DNA from: Bdellovibrio sp.
Lineage (GTDB): Bacteria > Bdellovibrionota > Bdellovibrionia > Bdellovibrionales > Bdellovibrionaceae
Direction of reading: 5' to 3'
DNA: 64,000 bases
NCBI GenBank assembly: GCA_036677065.1
Contig: JAKFBS010000011.1
Location: 128,001-192,000, forward strand
Below the pieces are notes generated by a model. That model was given only the letters and a program-made list of their open reading frames with translations. It did not search any database and was not told the DNA's origin. Below are positions 48,386 through 58,380 of this stretch, in pieces. Within the stretch, counting starts at the first letter, position 1; every line of letters starts with the position of its first letter. Made by a program: the position numbers and the translations under genes.

Positions 48386-48802
48386 ATGGGAATGAGTAGC
48401 GGCGGAAATAAAAATTCAAAAATGGCGATGAGTGAAATCAACGTCACGCCGTTTGTCGACGTGATGTTGGTGTTACTGGTGATCTTTATGGTCACTGCGC
48501 CCATGATGCAACAAGGGATTGATGTGAATCTTCCGAAGACATCATCAGCTGGTGTTGAATTAAATGAAGACCCTTTTGTATTAGTGATTGATGTGGCCGG
48601 CAAAATTAAAATTGCCGGAAATACTGTAGGAATGGATAATTTAAAAACAAAATTAAAAGCCATTTTCGAAAATAAAAAAAATAAACAAATCTATATTCAA
48701 GCCGATAGAAAAGTTGATTACGGTATTGTCGCTGAAGTGATGGGCGAAGCTCGCGCTGCGGGAATTTACAATCTTAGTTTAATCACGATTCCTAAGGAGT
48801 AG
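48386..48802 (+). CDS. tolR: TolR (ExbD/TolR)
   Basis: SEINVTPFVDVMLVLLVIFMVTAPM. Confidence 0.92.
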   Translation: MGMSSGGNKNSKMAMSEINVTPFVDVMLVLLVIFMVTAPMMQQGIDVNLPKTSSAGVELNEDPFVLVIDVAGKIKIAGNTVGMDNLKTKLKAIFENKKNKQIYIQADRKVDYGIVAEVMGEARAAGIYNLSLITIPKE

Positions 48803-48806
48803 TTTT

Positions 48807-49595
48807 TTGGTTTTAAGTCGCGGAACTACCTTTTCATTAATTGCACACGCTACGTTGTTCTTGGCAATGGTCATCAACGTATCGTTTTTTAGCAAGCCAA
48901 GATTAGACTTGTCTGAAGCGATTCGCGTCGACATGGTAGGCTTACCTGAAAAATACAATCCCGCACAAAAATCGACTGACCTACCAGAAAAAATAGAAAA
49001 ACCGATCGAGCCCGTCGTTGAAGAAAAAAAGCCTGAACCTAAAGTTGAACCCAAAGTAGAAGCCAAACCAGAACCGAAGCCTGAGCCCAAAGCTGAAACA
49101 AAGCCTGACCAAAAAGCTAAACCAGAAGCCGATACGATTAAGTTAGATAAAGCTAAACAAAAGCAAAAAGCTGCTTTAGAAAAATTAAAAAAACTTTCAG
49201 CAATAGATAAAATTCGCCAACAAGTTCAAAACGAAAAAACAGCTGCTGCAACGGCAAAAATTTTAAAAGGCCGCGTAATCACAAGAGGCACTGCTTTAAC
49301 TGGGCTGGATCGCATTCAATCAGATAATTATACGGGGCAATTAGATGCTTTAGTTAAATCACACTGGGCTTTACCACAATGGCTGATTGGTAAACAGTTA
49401 AAAACAAAAGTATTAGTTAAGATCGAACCCGATGGTCGTGTTAGCGAAAAAAAAGTCGTGCAATCATCTGGAAACCCTACTTATGATGATTATTGCTTAC
49501 AAGCTGTAACGAAAGCCTCACCGTTTCCGAAAGTGCCGAATAAATTTACCGAAATTTACGCAGAAGATGGTGTGATCTTTGGATTTCCAGAATAA
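48807..49595 (+). CDS. tolA: TolA/TonB-like energy transducer
   Basis: N-terminal TM with S...H, EPK-rich linker, C-terminal SSGN..YD domain; lies between tolR and tolB. Confidence 0.8.
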   Translation: MVLSRGTTFSLIAHATLFLAMVINVSFFSKPRLDLSEAIRVDMVGLPEKYNPAQKSTDLPEKIEKPIEPVVEEKKPEPKVEPKVEAKPEPKPEPKAETKPDQKAKPEADTIKLDKAKQKQKAALEKLKKLSAIDKIRQQVQNEKTAAATAKILKGRVITRGTALTGLDRIQSDNYTGQLDALVKSHWALPQWLIGKQLKTKVLVKIEPDGRVSEKKVVQSSGNPTYDDYCLQAVTKASPFPKVPNKFTEIYAEDGVIFGFPE

Positions 49596-49607
49596 AAAAG
49601 GATAACT

Positions 49608-50969
49608 ATGAAAAATTTAGTTTTATTATTTTCAATATTAATTTTCAGTTCAATAAGTTTTGCACAAACTTACATTAAAGTTGGCGATGCCCAAGCTAAA
49701 AAAAGCAATTTAGCTTTTCCGGTGATGAATCAATTGAATGCCACTAAAACTGGTAATCACGTAAAGCTTGCGGCACAAATTCACAGCACAGCATCGAAAG
49801 ACTTAGAACTTTCAACGTATTTCAACATCATGAAGGCCGGGGCCTTTTTAGAAGACACAACGACGACTTCTATTAAATCAAAAACACTTGATGCTAACGG
49901 TTTCAAGTTTGATTCTTGGAAAACAATCGGAGCAGAGTTTTTAATTCGTTCATCATTTGCCTTAGTGGGCGATGAAGTTTCTGTTGAAATGTATTTGTAT
50001 CATATCGGCGAAGGCCGCGCGGTCGTTGGCAAAAAATATTCTGCTAAATCCAGCAAAACAGTCGAGCTAGGTCACAGCTTGGCTAACGACGTTCTTGAAG
50101 CCTTAACCGGTCGTCGTGGCGTATTTTTATCTAAGATTGTCGCAACAACTGATCGCACTGGTTATAAAGAAGTTATCACTATGGATTGGGATGGAAATGA
50201 TTTCAAGACAGTCACCAAAGATCGCAGTGTTGCGATTGCCCCTAACTGGTCACCTGATGGTAAAAAATTATTGTATTCAATCTACACGCGTCGTGTAGGT
50301 TCTGCCCAAATGAATTTAACTTTATTTCAACATGATTTAAATTCAGGTAAACGTTCAATCATTTCTAATCGTAATGGATTAAATCAAGGTGCAAGTTATT
50401 CTCCGGATGGAAAAAATATCTATTTAACAATCTCACAAGGTGGCTCGCCTGATTTATATAAATTAAATCTTAAAGGTGACATCGTAACTCGTTTAACAAA
50501 AGGCCCCGCAGGCGCTATGAACGTCGAAGCTGCAGTTTCAGATGATGGAGCTAAAATTGCTTTCTCATCTGATCGTGGCGGCAACCCTTCTATTTATGTT
50601 ATGAGTTCTGATGGCGGCAACGTGAAACGCTTAACGTTTCAAGGCAAATACAATTCAACGCCAACTTGGTCTCCTGACGGCAAAAAAATTGCCTTCGCCA
50701 GTCAGATTGAAAATTATTTTGATATTTTTATCATGGATAGCGATGGCGCAAATTTACGTCGCATTACAACTGCAACAAAACCCAACGGTAAGCGCGCCAG
50801 CAATGAAGATCCAAGCTTTTCTCCGGACGGTCGATTTGTGGTTTTTACGAGCAATCGCACTGGCACATTTCAGATTTTTGTAAGCAGCGTTGACGGAAAT
50901 GAAGAACGCCGTGTCACTCACGATTCTTATAACTATTATAAGCCTAAATGGTCGAATAACTTGGAGTAA
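49608..50969 (+). CDS. tolB: TolB beta-propeller protein
   Basis: Signal peptide, TolB N-domain and repeated P.WSPDG PD40 motifs. Confidence 0.88.
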   Translation: MKNLVLLFSILIFSSISFAQTYIKVGDAQAKKSNLAFPVMNQLNATKTGNHVKLAAQIHSTASKDLELSTYFNIMKAGAFLEDTTTTSIKSKTLDANGFKFDSWKTIGAEFLIRSSFALVGDEVSVEMYLYHIGEGRAVVGKKYSAKSSKTVELGHSLANDVLEALTGRRGVFLSKIVATTDRTGYKEVITMDWDGNDFKTVTKDRSVAIAPNWSPDGKKLLYSIYTRRVGSAQMNLTLFQHDLNSGKRSIISNRNGLNQGASYSPDGKNIYLTISQGGSPDLYKLNLKGDIVTRLTKGPAGAMNVEAAVSDDGAKIAFSSDRGGNPSIYVMSSDGGNVKRLTFQGKYNSTPTWSPDGKKIAFASQIENYFDIFIMDSDGANLRRITTATKPNGKRASNEDPSFSPDGRFVVFTSNRTGTFQIFVSSVDGNEERRVTHDSYNYYKPKWSNNLE

Positions 50970-51030
50970 AAATAAGCACTCTTAATGGGATCTTGACGAC
51001 GCTTGGGCCTGTTCAGGTATAAAAACACCT

Positions 51031-51675
51031 ATGAAAACACAAGTGTTAAAAGTAAAAAATTCGCAAGTTAATGTTATTGTTTGGATCTACTTACTAGCTT
51101 TCGTTTTAATGACTTGGTCATTTAAAACCCACGCTAAAGACGCAAGCGCTGAGGCTAAAAAAGCTACTGCTCCAGCGGTCGCGCAAACAGTTACAATCGA
51201 TACATCTCTTGGCAAAATCAAAGTTAAATTAAACTCTGAAAAAGCACCAATCAGCACAGAAAATTTCTTAAAATACGTCGATAAAAAATTCTACGATAAA
51301 ACGATTTTTCACCGCGTAATCAAAGACTTCATGGTTCAAGGCGGCGGCCACACAGCTGACATGAAAGAAAAAGCACCACTTTTTCCGCCCATCACGAACG
51401 AAGCAAAAAATGGTTTATCAAATATGCGCGGAACACTGGCGATGGCTCGTACTAACGACATCAACTCTGCAACTGCACAATTTTTTATTAACGTAGTAGA
51501 TAACCAACGTTTAGATCACAAATCTGAAGATCGTTATGGTTATGCTGTATTTGGTGAAGTGATCGAAGGCATGGATGTAGTTGATAAAATCCGTGATTCG
51601 AAAACGACTACTAAAGGCGAATACGCTGACGTTCCTGAAAAAGTAATCACAATTAAATCAATTCGTAAAAACTAG
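51031..51675 (+). CDS. ppiA: Cyclophilin-type peptidyl-prolyl isomerase, exported
   Basis: Signal peptide; [31 protein letters not shown] and GYAVFG. Confidence 0.88.
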   Translation: MKTQVLKVKNSQVNVIVWIYLLAFVLMTWSFKTHAKDASAEAKKATAPAVAQTVTIDTSLGKIKVKLNSEKAPISTENFLKYVDKKFYDKTIFHRVIKDFMVQGGGHTADMKEKAPLFPPITNEAKNGLSNMRGTLAMARTNDINSATAQFFINVVDNQRLDHKSEDRYGYAVFGEVIEGMDVVDKIRDSKTTTKGEYADVPEKVITIKSIRKN

Positions 51676-51684
51676 GATAAAAAT

Positions 51685-52188
51685 ATGATAGCTACATTCG
51701 ATACAAACCGCGGAACATTTAAAGTTAAACTTTTTGCTGATAAAGCACCTAAGACAGTTGAAAACTTCGTAGGTCTTGCGACTGGCACTAAAGAATTCAC
51801 TGATCCTAAAACTGGCGACAAAGTAAAACGTCCGTATTTCGACGGTTTAGTTTTTCACCGCGTAATTAAAGATTTTATGATTCAAGGTGGTTGTCCGCTT
51901 GGAACAGGCACTGGCGGACCAGGTTACAAATTCGGTGACGAATTTCACCCTGAATTAAAACACAATAAACCAGGTCTTCTTTCAATGGCTAACGCTGGTC
52001 CTGGCACGAATGGTTCACAATTTTTTATCACGACTGTGCCAACACCATGGCTTGATAACAAACACACAATTTTCGGTGAAGTGACTGAAGGTTATGATGT
52101 TGTTGATGCTATCGGTAAAACTAAAACTGGCCCGATGGATCGTCCTGCTGAACCAATTGTAATTAATAAATTAACGATTGCTCAGTAA
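51685..52188 (+). CDS. Cyclophilin-type peptidyl-prolyl isomerase, cytoplasmic
   Basis: [30 protein letters not shown] and [10 protein letters not shown]. Confidence 0.93.
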   Translation: MIATFDTNRGTFKVKLFADKAPKTVENFVGLATGTKEFTDPKTGDKVKRPYFDGLVFHRVIKDFMIQGGCPLGTGTGGPGYKFGDEFHPELKHNKPGLLSMANAGPGTNGSQFFITTVPTPWLDNKHTIFGEVTEGYDVVDAIGKTKTGPMDRPAEPIVINKLTIAQ

Positions 52189-52211
52189 GCGCAACTTTTA
52201 CATCTTTAAAG

Positions 52212-52240
52212 AAAAAGGGAGCCTCAAGCTCCCTTTTTTT
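52212..52240. terminator. Bidirectional intrinsic terminator
   Basis: AAAAAGGGAGC-CTCAA-GCTCCCTTTTTTT between convergent genes. Confidence 0.85.
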
Positions 52241-53831
52241 ATTTGTCTAAAGTTAATTCGACAAAAGTGGTATATGTCGGCCGCAAGGGAATTACAACCT
52301 GACGCTTTTTCAAACCAGGAATATCAATATCAACCTTTAATGGAAATGTTTTTTCAGTCCAGCCAACTGGATTAATTGATGTGGGTTTCCAGTTTACATC
52401 TGCAGGCTTTACGTTTCCTGTAAATTGCACATTCAATTGATTGGTCTCTTTAAAATGTTTCGCCACACGCGAACCCCATTCACGGTAACGTCCCAATTGA
52501 ATGCGGTAGTCTTGCGTTGGCGTTTCACGACTAATAAGGGCATCATCAAAGACTTCGACATCTTTATTAGCAGATTTTTTACGACCATATTGGTAATCGA
52601 CTTTTAAATACTTCGAAATGCCTTCGCTTTTTAAGAAATCTTTAGGCGGAATAAAATCTTTCGGCAACTGAATATTTACACTTAATTGAAAAGTACGCAT
52701 TTGATTCATTAAAGCATCGCTGGCTAATTTTCCAAACGATTCATCACCTGCATAAAGCTTTCCACGTAAAAATTCATAGTTACTTTGATTACAGCTATTT
52801 TCTTTTTCTTCACAGCGTGAAAGATGCGTAAATACAGGAGCATATGTTGGCTGATCACAGCTAGAAGTATCAATACATTTAACCGGAACCATCGCCATAC
52901 CATAAGATTTTTTACCGATCTTAGTATGAATGGTTTCAATTAATTTTAACTTCGGATCATGACTGAAATACTGAGAGTAATGAAAATCATTCATTGAAAC
53001 ATTATCTGGAATTGATTCTCGAATAGCTTTCATGATTGAATCACTATAAAAATAAAAACCTAACCGAGCACTCGGAACATTAACCACCTGATCAGACTCT
53101 AAGCGATGCCCCATATTCATTTTTTGCGATTGCAACGAGTTAACAGAATTAACGCCGGCGATATTTAACATATAAGGAGTATGTAAGCGTTCAACGTTCG
53201 CTGTGGATTTTTCACGAAAGAAAGTAAAAATTTTATTTGATGCCGTTGACATGTCACGCACCTCAAGCTTGCCAATCGCCATAATTTTATAGACTAGGTT
53301 TTGCATCCACTCGAATGGCAATTTGTCGTTAATGATGTGAGCCATGCTTGAACCCCAGAATGGCGTACCTTGCGTCACAATTGTCTTAACTTTGTCTGCA
53401 ATTTCATTTTGGCGGGCATCAGTTCCGGCAATAGTTTTCGCATACCAAAGAGTTGTCACTAAGCCACCCTGCGAGTGACAGACAATTGAAATTTTATCGT
53501 CTTTATCTAAACGATTGATTGCAAAAAACTGATCCAGAAAATTTTCAAAATCTTCAATAAACTGCGGCACATCAGCATCCATTCTGCCGGTTCCATATAA
53601 AAACGCCTGCGTAACTACTTCGTATTTTGGATCAGCATATTCAAGATGATTTTTTAAGTTCGGAAGCAGGCTGCCAAAAGTCGTTTCATTACCTGCTAGA
53701 CCGTGCACCGTAAAAATATAATGTTTTGCTGTGCGGGCTGGGTCTGAAGATGGTTCACGCGCGAACCATTTCGATAAACTTTGACAAGATAAACTGCTAA
53801 TCAAGATGACAAATAAAAATAGGTTTTTCAT
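52239..53831 (-). CDS. Lipoprotein alpha/beta hydrolase (lipase/PGAP1-like) with C-terminal extension
   Basis: VHGLAG, CHSQGG nucleophile elbow, GTPFWGS and ESDQVV; start moved to ATG 53831 (lipobox SLSC). Confidence 0.8.
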   Translation of the reverse strand: MKNLFLFVILISSLSCQSLSKWFAREPSSDPARTAKHYIFTVHGLAGNETTFGSLLPNLKNHLEYADPKYEVVTQAFLYGTGRMDADVPQFIEDFENFLDQFFAINRLDKDDKISIVCHSQGGLVTTLWYAKTIAGTDARQNEIADKVKTIVTQGTPFWGSSMAHIINDKLPFEWMQNLVYKIMAIGKLEVRDMSTASNKIFTFFREKSTANVERLHTPYMLNIAGVNSVNSLQSQKMNMGHRLESDQVVNVPSARLGFYFYSDSIMKAIRESIPDNVSMNDFHYSQYFSHDPKLKLIETIHTKIGKKSYGMAMVPVKCIDTSSCDQPTYAPVFTHLSRCEEKENSCNQSNYEFLRGKLYAGDESFGKLASDALMNQMRTFQLSVNIQLPKDFIPPKDFLKSEGISKYLKVDYQYGRKKSANKDVEVFDDALISRETPTQDYRIQLGRYREWGSRVAKHFKETNQLNVQFTGNVKPADVNWKPTSINPVGWTEKTFPLKVDIDIPGLKKRQVVIPLRPTYTTFVELTLDK

Positions 53832-54003
53832 AGCCAACTTATCGTAATTCTCATAGACAAATTCGAGTCTAGTACACCATTGCCTGCCCCACTGTTGACC
53901 CCTAATTGTCACTTCTCAATCTGAGACACATTCTCTGCAATCTATTGAATTTGGCAAGCAAGCCGTTTGCTTTAATTAAGAGTAACCAAGGAGCCTTATC
54001 ATT

Positions 54004-57000
54004 ATGAGACATTTACAAACTATCGCGACATTCGTAGTTTTAATGACCTCATTGGCTGCTTTCGCTAATCCAACGATACTATCAACAACGACTCAATATG
54101 GCGATCAAGTGAACTTGGACATCGGCAATAATACACCTAAGCCTGACCCAAGTTTCTTACGCCGTTTACGCCAGGAATTAAATAAAATTGAAATGGAAGA
54201 AGCTAAAAAAAATCAGGGTGAGGGCACAAGACATGTGCTTCGCCATGTAAAAGCCCATTTTGTACCAGATAGTATTACATTCGCTATTGCCGGTGGTTTG
54301 GTTTATTTTACGCAATTGCAAATTGCCACTAAGTCAGATCCAGAATTAATGGTTAAGCACATTGAAGCATTAAAAGATCCTATTGCTCACATTTCATTTG
54401 CAGCCTTTATGGTCGCGAACGGGATCTACATCGACATGAAAACGCGTGGCTTAGATCCGATGACAAAACAATTAGCAATGAAAACACTGACCTACAAAGG
54501 TTTAGCGGTTGGTTCATTTGCTTCAAGCCTAACAGCAGATTTACTAGTCACAATGAAAGAGTGTACTAAAGGTTGGATCACTAATAAAAATGATCCCGCT
54601 TCTCAGGCCGCTTGTGATTATTCTTACAAACAATGGACGAATAGAAGTAAATATGTTCAATACACGACGCAAATTTTAGCACTTATTGTTGCGCAAAAGG
54701 CGACTGAAGTCGTTGAAGCCGGCACCCGTGGGATTGGCAGAACAGTTATTAAACCCGGAGCAAAAGCTCTTGAATCAACTTTTGTTAAACTTTTAAAAGT
54801 AAGTGCTGCGAATGTTGATCTGGCTTTTTCTGGTGGCACTTGGTGGATCAAAGCCATTCGCTGGGGCGGAAAATTAACTAAATTTAGTATGTTCTTAGCT
54901 GTTGATCACTATGTAGCCCCGCATGTGAACCGTGCAGGTAATAACCTACTGCAACCGGCATTCTTTGATTTCGATGCTATGGCCCTTGGAAAATCGCTGG
55001 CACGCGGAAGCAAACATAATTGGAATGTAACTGCCGCTGATAAAGCTAATGAGTCTTTTCAAAACTTTCCAAAACAGATCGAAAATTTTACTGAGCGTAT
55101 GGCGCAGTGGCGTATGCATTTAAATGCTAAGGCAGAGGCAAACCTTGCTGGCTGGTTAGATGTATCATCAAAGTTACTTCACCAAGTGGATTACTCTAAA
55201 AACTTTTACTTAAAATATGTTGATAATTTATTTGATACTTTGAATCGCCAGCATTTGATTAATCAAGGCGAATTCAACGATGCACCAAGCCGCGCTTGGG
55301 CTTTAGAAAGAAAATATCCTTTAAGACTTTTACCACTGTACGGTGTTAAGAGCGGTAAAGATTTTGGTGATCAGCCTGAAAATGATGTTTATGTATCACA
55401 TCCATTTCAGCTAGAACCAGCGCAAAATGAAATGGTTCAAAAAGTGGCCGCAGCTTTCTATCCTAAACTTCAAACTTTCGGAATGCCCGCTGAACATTTA
55501 GGTGAAGTTCAAAGATTAATTTCGCCTTTAACACAGAAACTATCTCCAGTAAGACAAGGTATTCAATTAGACAAAATCAATAGACGTTTAAAAATGCTTC
55601 CATTCATTAAAAAGAATGATGATCCAAATAAAGGAATTCGCACAGCTTTAGGACAATTTAAATCAGCTTTAGGCGATCCAAAGCCACAACTTAAAGAAGG
55701 CGCCGGATTTAACATGGCCTTTGATACTAACGTTGGAAACTACCAATCAGCTCAGACAGCTGGTTTCGATTTAAGAGCCAAAAACTTTGCTTTTGCCAAA
55801 ACTTCAGATTTGATGCTGTTAAAAATGATCTGCGGCGATAAACAAGCTAAAATCAAAGAAGGTACATTTACTGGTGTAACTTTCTACCCACCACGTATTG
55901 TTAATTACAATGGTGAATTAGATATCTGTAAAAATACTATCTACGGAAAAAATACGACAAGCGATACTTTACACGATTGGAAAATCGAAACAGACGGTAA
56001 AACTTTTGAGAGTCCGACTCGCTTTATAATGGCACGCATTTACCCACAAGTATTAGGTAACTGGCGCAGTGAAACTAAAGACGATAAGGGCATTGCTTTT
56101 GACCAGTGGTGGGTGAAAAGTATTCTACCGGGTTTACAAGCACAGCTTAAAAAAATGGATGCGCGCTATGGCCAAGTCGTTGCCGAAGCTGATCAGCAGC
56201 TCAATAACCACAGATCTTGGTATGACAAAACCATTGATAATGTTTTTACTGGCGAAGCTTACATGAAAGATAGAATGATATTAGATAATAATTTGGGCGA
56301 CAACTTGCGCTTCGAATTTGAATTCTATTTATCAGCCCTTAAAACAGTTCTTTTAAAAGAAAAAGTTGCCGCACAAAAAACAAACCATGAATATATTCTT
56401 GAAATTTCAAAACGCGCCAGAACAAATGGTTATATAATTCCAAATGTTTCTTCAGACAACGAATCTAAACGTTTAAAAACTAAATATAAGAGTTTGTTCG
56501 CCTTAGTAAAAGACGTTACTGCTGAAGATATTACGACTGTAGATGACCTATCAGAGAAAATTGTAATACCGGCTCGTGAATTAGTTGAAAAAGCAAAGAA
56601 AGATCCTAAAGATTTTCCTTCGATTGCCCAATACGAAAAAGCATTAAATACGTTAACTTCTGAATTAAATGTATTTCGCGTGAATGAATTAGAAATGAAT
56701 TACAAAAACTTCATGGCTTTATTACGCCTTAAATCATTGAAGTTTGAAGATATGATCGCCGCTAAAGAAAAACTTTATAAATCGAACACGATCATTTTCA
56801 GTGGCTTTAAACAAGTAGCTGAACTAGCTGGAGCAGAGGCTGAAACATTACCTGCTGATTTTAAAGCTATCTTGGCCATAGCAAATGGTTTAGAAGCGCT
56901 TGAAATTGAAGTGAATCGTTATTTGTTAATGAAAGTAAAACTAGCTGATCGCTTAGAGATCGATATGTCACAGCTTAATACTTTTTTAAAACACAGATCT

Positions 57001-57054
57001 TTGGCTCCTCAGCAAAGACAAGGTTCTAGAGCACACCAAACCGGCGGACAGTAA
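54004..57054 (+). CDS. Large secreted hypothetical protein (1016 aa)
   Basis: AAGGAG RBS, signal peptide ending AFA; no family recognised. Confidence 0.8.
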   Translation: MRHLQTIATFVVLMTSLAAFANPTILSTTTQYGDQVNLDIGNNTPKPDPSFLRRLRQELNKIEMEEAKKNQGEGTRHVLRHVKAHFVPDSITFAIAGGLVYFTQLQIATKSDPELMVKHIEALKDPIAHISFAAFMVANGIYIDMKTRGLDPMTKQLAMKTLTYKGLAVGSFASSLTADLLVTMKECTKGWITNKNDPASQAACDYSYKQWTNRSKYVQYTTQILALIVAQKATEVVEAGTRGIGRTVIKPGAKALESTFVKLLKVSAANVDLAFSGGTWWIKAIRWGGKLTKFSMFLAVDHYVAPHVNRAGNNLLQPAFFDFDAMALGKSLARGSKHNWNVTAADKANESFQNFPKQIENFTERMAQWRMHLNAKAEANLAGWLDVSSKLLHQVDYSKNFYLKYVDNLFDTLNRQHLINQGEFNDAPSRAWALERKYPLRLLPLYGVKSGKDFGDQPENDVYVSHPFQLEPAQNEMVQKVAAAFYPKLQTFGMPAEHLGEVQRLISPLTQKLSPVRQGIQLDKINRRLKMLPFIKKNDDPNKGIRTALGQFKSALGDPKPQLKEGAGFNMAFDTNVGNYQSAQTAGFDLRAKNFAFAKTSDLMLLKMICGDKQAKIKEGTFTGVTFYPPRIVNYNGELDICKNTIYGKNTTSDTLHDWKIETDGKTFESPTRFIMARIYPQVLGNWRSETKDDKGIAFDQWWVKSILPGLQAQLKKMDARYGQVVAEADQQLNNHRSWYDKTIDNVFTGEAYMKDRMILDNNLGDNLRFEFEFYLSALKTVLLKEKVAAQKTNHEYILEISKRARTNGYIIPNVSSDNESKRLKTKYKSLFALVKDVTAEDITTVDDLSEKIVIPARELVEKAKKDPKDFPSIAQYEKALNTLTSELNVFRVNELEMNYKNFMALLRLKSLKFEDMIAAKEKLYKSNTIIFSGFKQVAELAGAEAETLPADFKAILAIANGLEALEIEVNRYLLMKVKLADRLEIDMSQLNTFLKHRSLAPQQRQGSRAHQTGGQ

Positions 57055-57203
57055 TGTCTAAGCATTTAACACTGACGACGCGATTGGCGGCTTTGGTGTT
57101 TCAAAATGAGATAATACGCTCTGGAAGTGCATTTAAAACGATTTAAGTAGGCATTAAAATTGAAATTACTTTAAACGAAGAATTAAAAAACGGAGATTTG
57201 AAC

Positions 57204-57776
57204 ATGAAAAAATTAATAATCTTAGCCATTCTGGTAGCTTCAAACATCGCTTTAGCGCAAGTTAGAGAAGTGAATAAGCCTTTGTCTCGCGAGCAAGCAC
57301 GCCGTGCAAACGTTGAGCGCAAAGAGACTAAAGATTATTTAGAAGCCGTTAAAAAAGGTAAAGTTACTCAGCCAATCAGAGCAGCTCTAGTTAAGCTTTT
57401 AAGTGATGCTACATCTAAAATCGGTGGTGTCGACTCTACTAATTTAGAATCTTTAATTTCTACCCGCCCAGAAACTTTAGACAAGGTAACTCAATTAATC
57501 AGTCTTCACAGAGATGGTACTGTTGAGCAAAAATCAAAAGCAGCCACTGACTTAAAAATCTTAAGCGAAGGTTCTAAATATGAATTAACGAAAGAAAGTG
57601 CTGAGATTTTAGAAAAAATCACTGAAATGGCCGAATACAACGAAGCGGCAAAACAATTTAAAGCTGAATTAATCAAGACTTTAAGACTTGGTAAGGCTAA
57701 ATCAATCGAAGAAGCTATTAAAATCGCCTCAAACGGTAAAATCACTTTAGAAAAAATTAAGGAATGCATCATTTAA
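57204..57776 (+). CDS. Secreted helical hypothetical protein
   Basis: GGAG RBS; signal peptide MKKLIIL...ALA; K/E-rich helical sequence. Confidence 0.78.
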   Translation: MKKLIILAILVASNIALAQVREVNKPLSREQARRANVERKETKDYLEAVKKGKVTQPIRAALVKLLSDATSKIGGVDSTNLESLISTRPETLDKVTQLISLHRDGTVEQKSKAATDLKILSEGSKYELTKESAEILEKITEMAEYNEAAKQFKAELIKTLRLGKAKSIEEAIKIASNGKITLEKIKECII

Positions 57777-57798
57777 TAAAATTGTGTAACCTTGTTGC

Positions 57799-58380
57799 AT
57801 GATTGAATGGCTATCAAACTTAGAAAAATCGATGTTACTTTGGATTCACCAAACAAACTCGAACTCTATCTTTGATGGCCTTTTTCCGTTTTATACCGAC
57901 ATTCATAAAATTAACTGGTTTATTATACCTGCCGTTTTAATTCTGCTTTATTTTTTCATTCATAGATACAAACGCGCCGGATTAACTTATTTCTTATTCT
58001 TGGCTTTAAGCATGGGTATCAGCGACTTTGCCGGAAAAAACGTAAAAAACAATTATCCCCGTATGCGTCCCTATACGGTTAAAGAACTGCAAATCACCGA
58101 AAAAAGCCCGGCAGGACCTACAAGTAGTTTTTATTCTAATCACACTTCAAATATGTTTACCTTTGCTACTTACACGAGTCATTTTTTTCCGACAGCTAAA
58201 CTATTATTCTTTGCCTTAGCTTTTTTAACTGGATATTCGCGCATGTATAATGGCGTTCACTACCCATCTGATGTTTTAGCTGGCGCGCTCATGGGCTTAC
58301 TTATCGGCTGGCTACTTGCCCGCCTAGCTAAAAAAATAGTTTATAAAATTCATTATTCGCATTTGGAGAAAAATCCATGA
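57799..58380 (+). CDS. PAP2-family membrane phosphatase
   Basis: K....R.RP, SFYSNH and SRMYNGVHYPSDV. Confidence 0.9.
   Translation: MIEWLSNLEKSMLLWIHQTNSNSIFDGLFPFYTDIHKINWFIIPAVLILLYFFIHRYKRAGLTYFLFLALSMGISDFAGKNVKNNYPRMRPYTVKELQITEKSPAGPTSSFYSNHTSNMFTFATYTSHFFPTAKLLFFALAFLTGYSRMYNGVHYPSDVLAGALMGLLIGWLLARLAKKIVYKIHYSHLEKNP

Noticed and set aside
49010..49130. Repetitive GAACC/AAAGCC-like DNA
   Set aside because: It encodes the EPK-rich TolA linker; not a DNA repeat element or CRISPR array
53950..53972. Sigma54-like TTGGCAAGCAAGCCGTTTGC before the 1016-aa gene
   Set aside because: The GG-to-GC spacing is not 10 nt; the similar site at 57149-57163 has GA instead of GC, so neither was called
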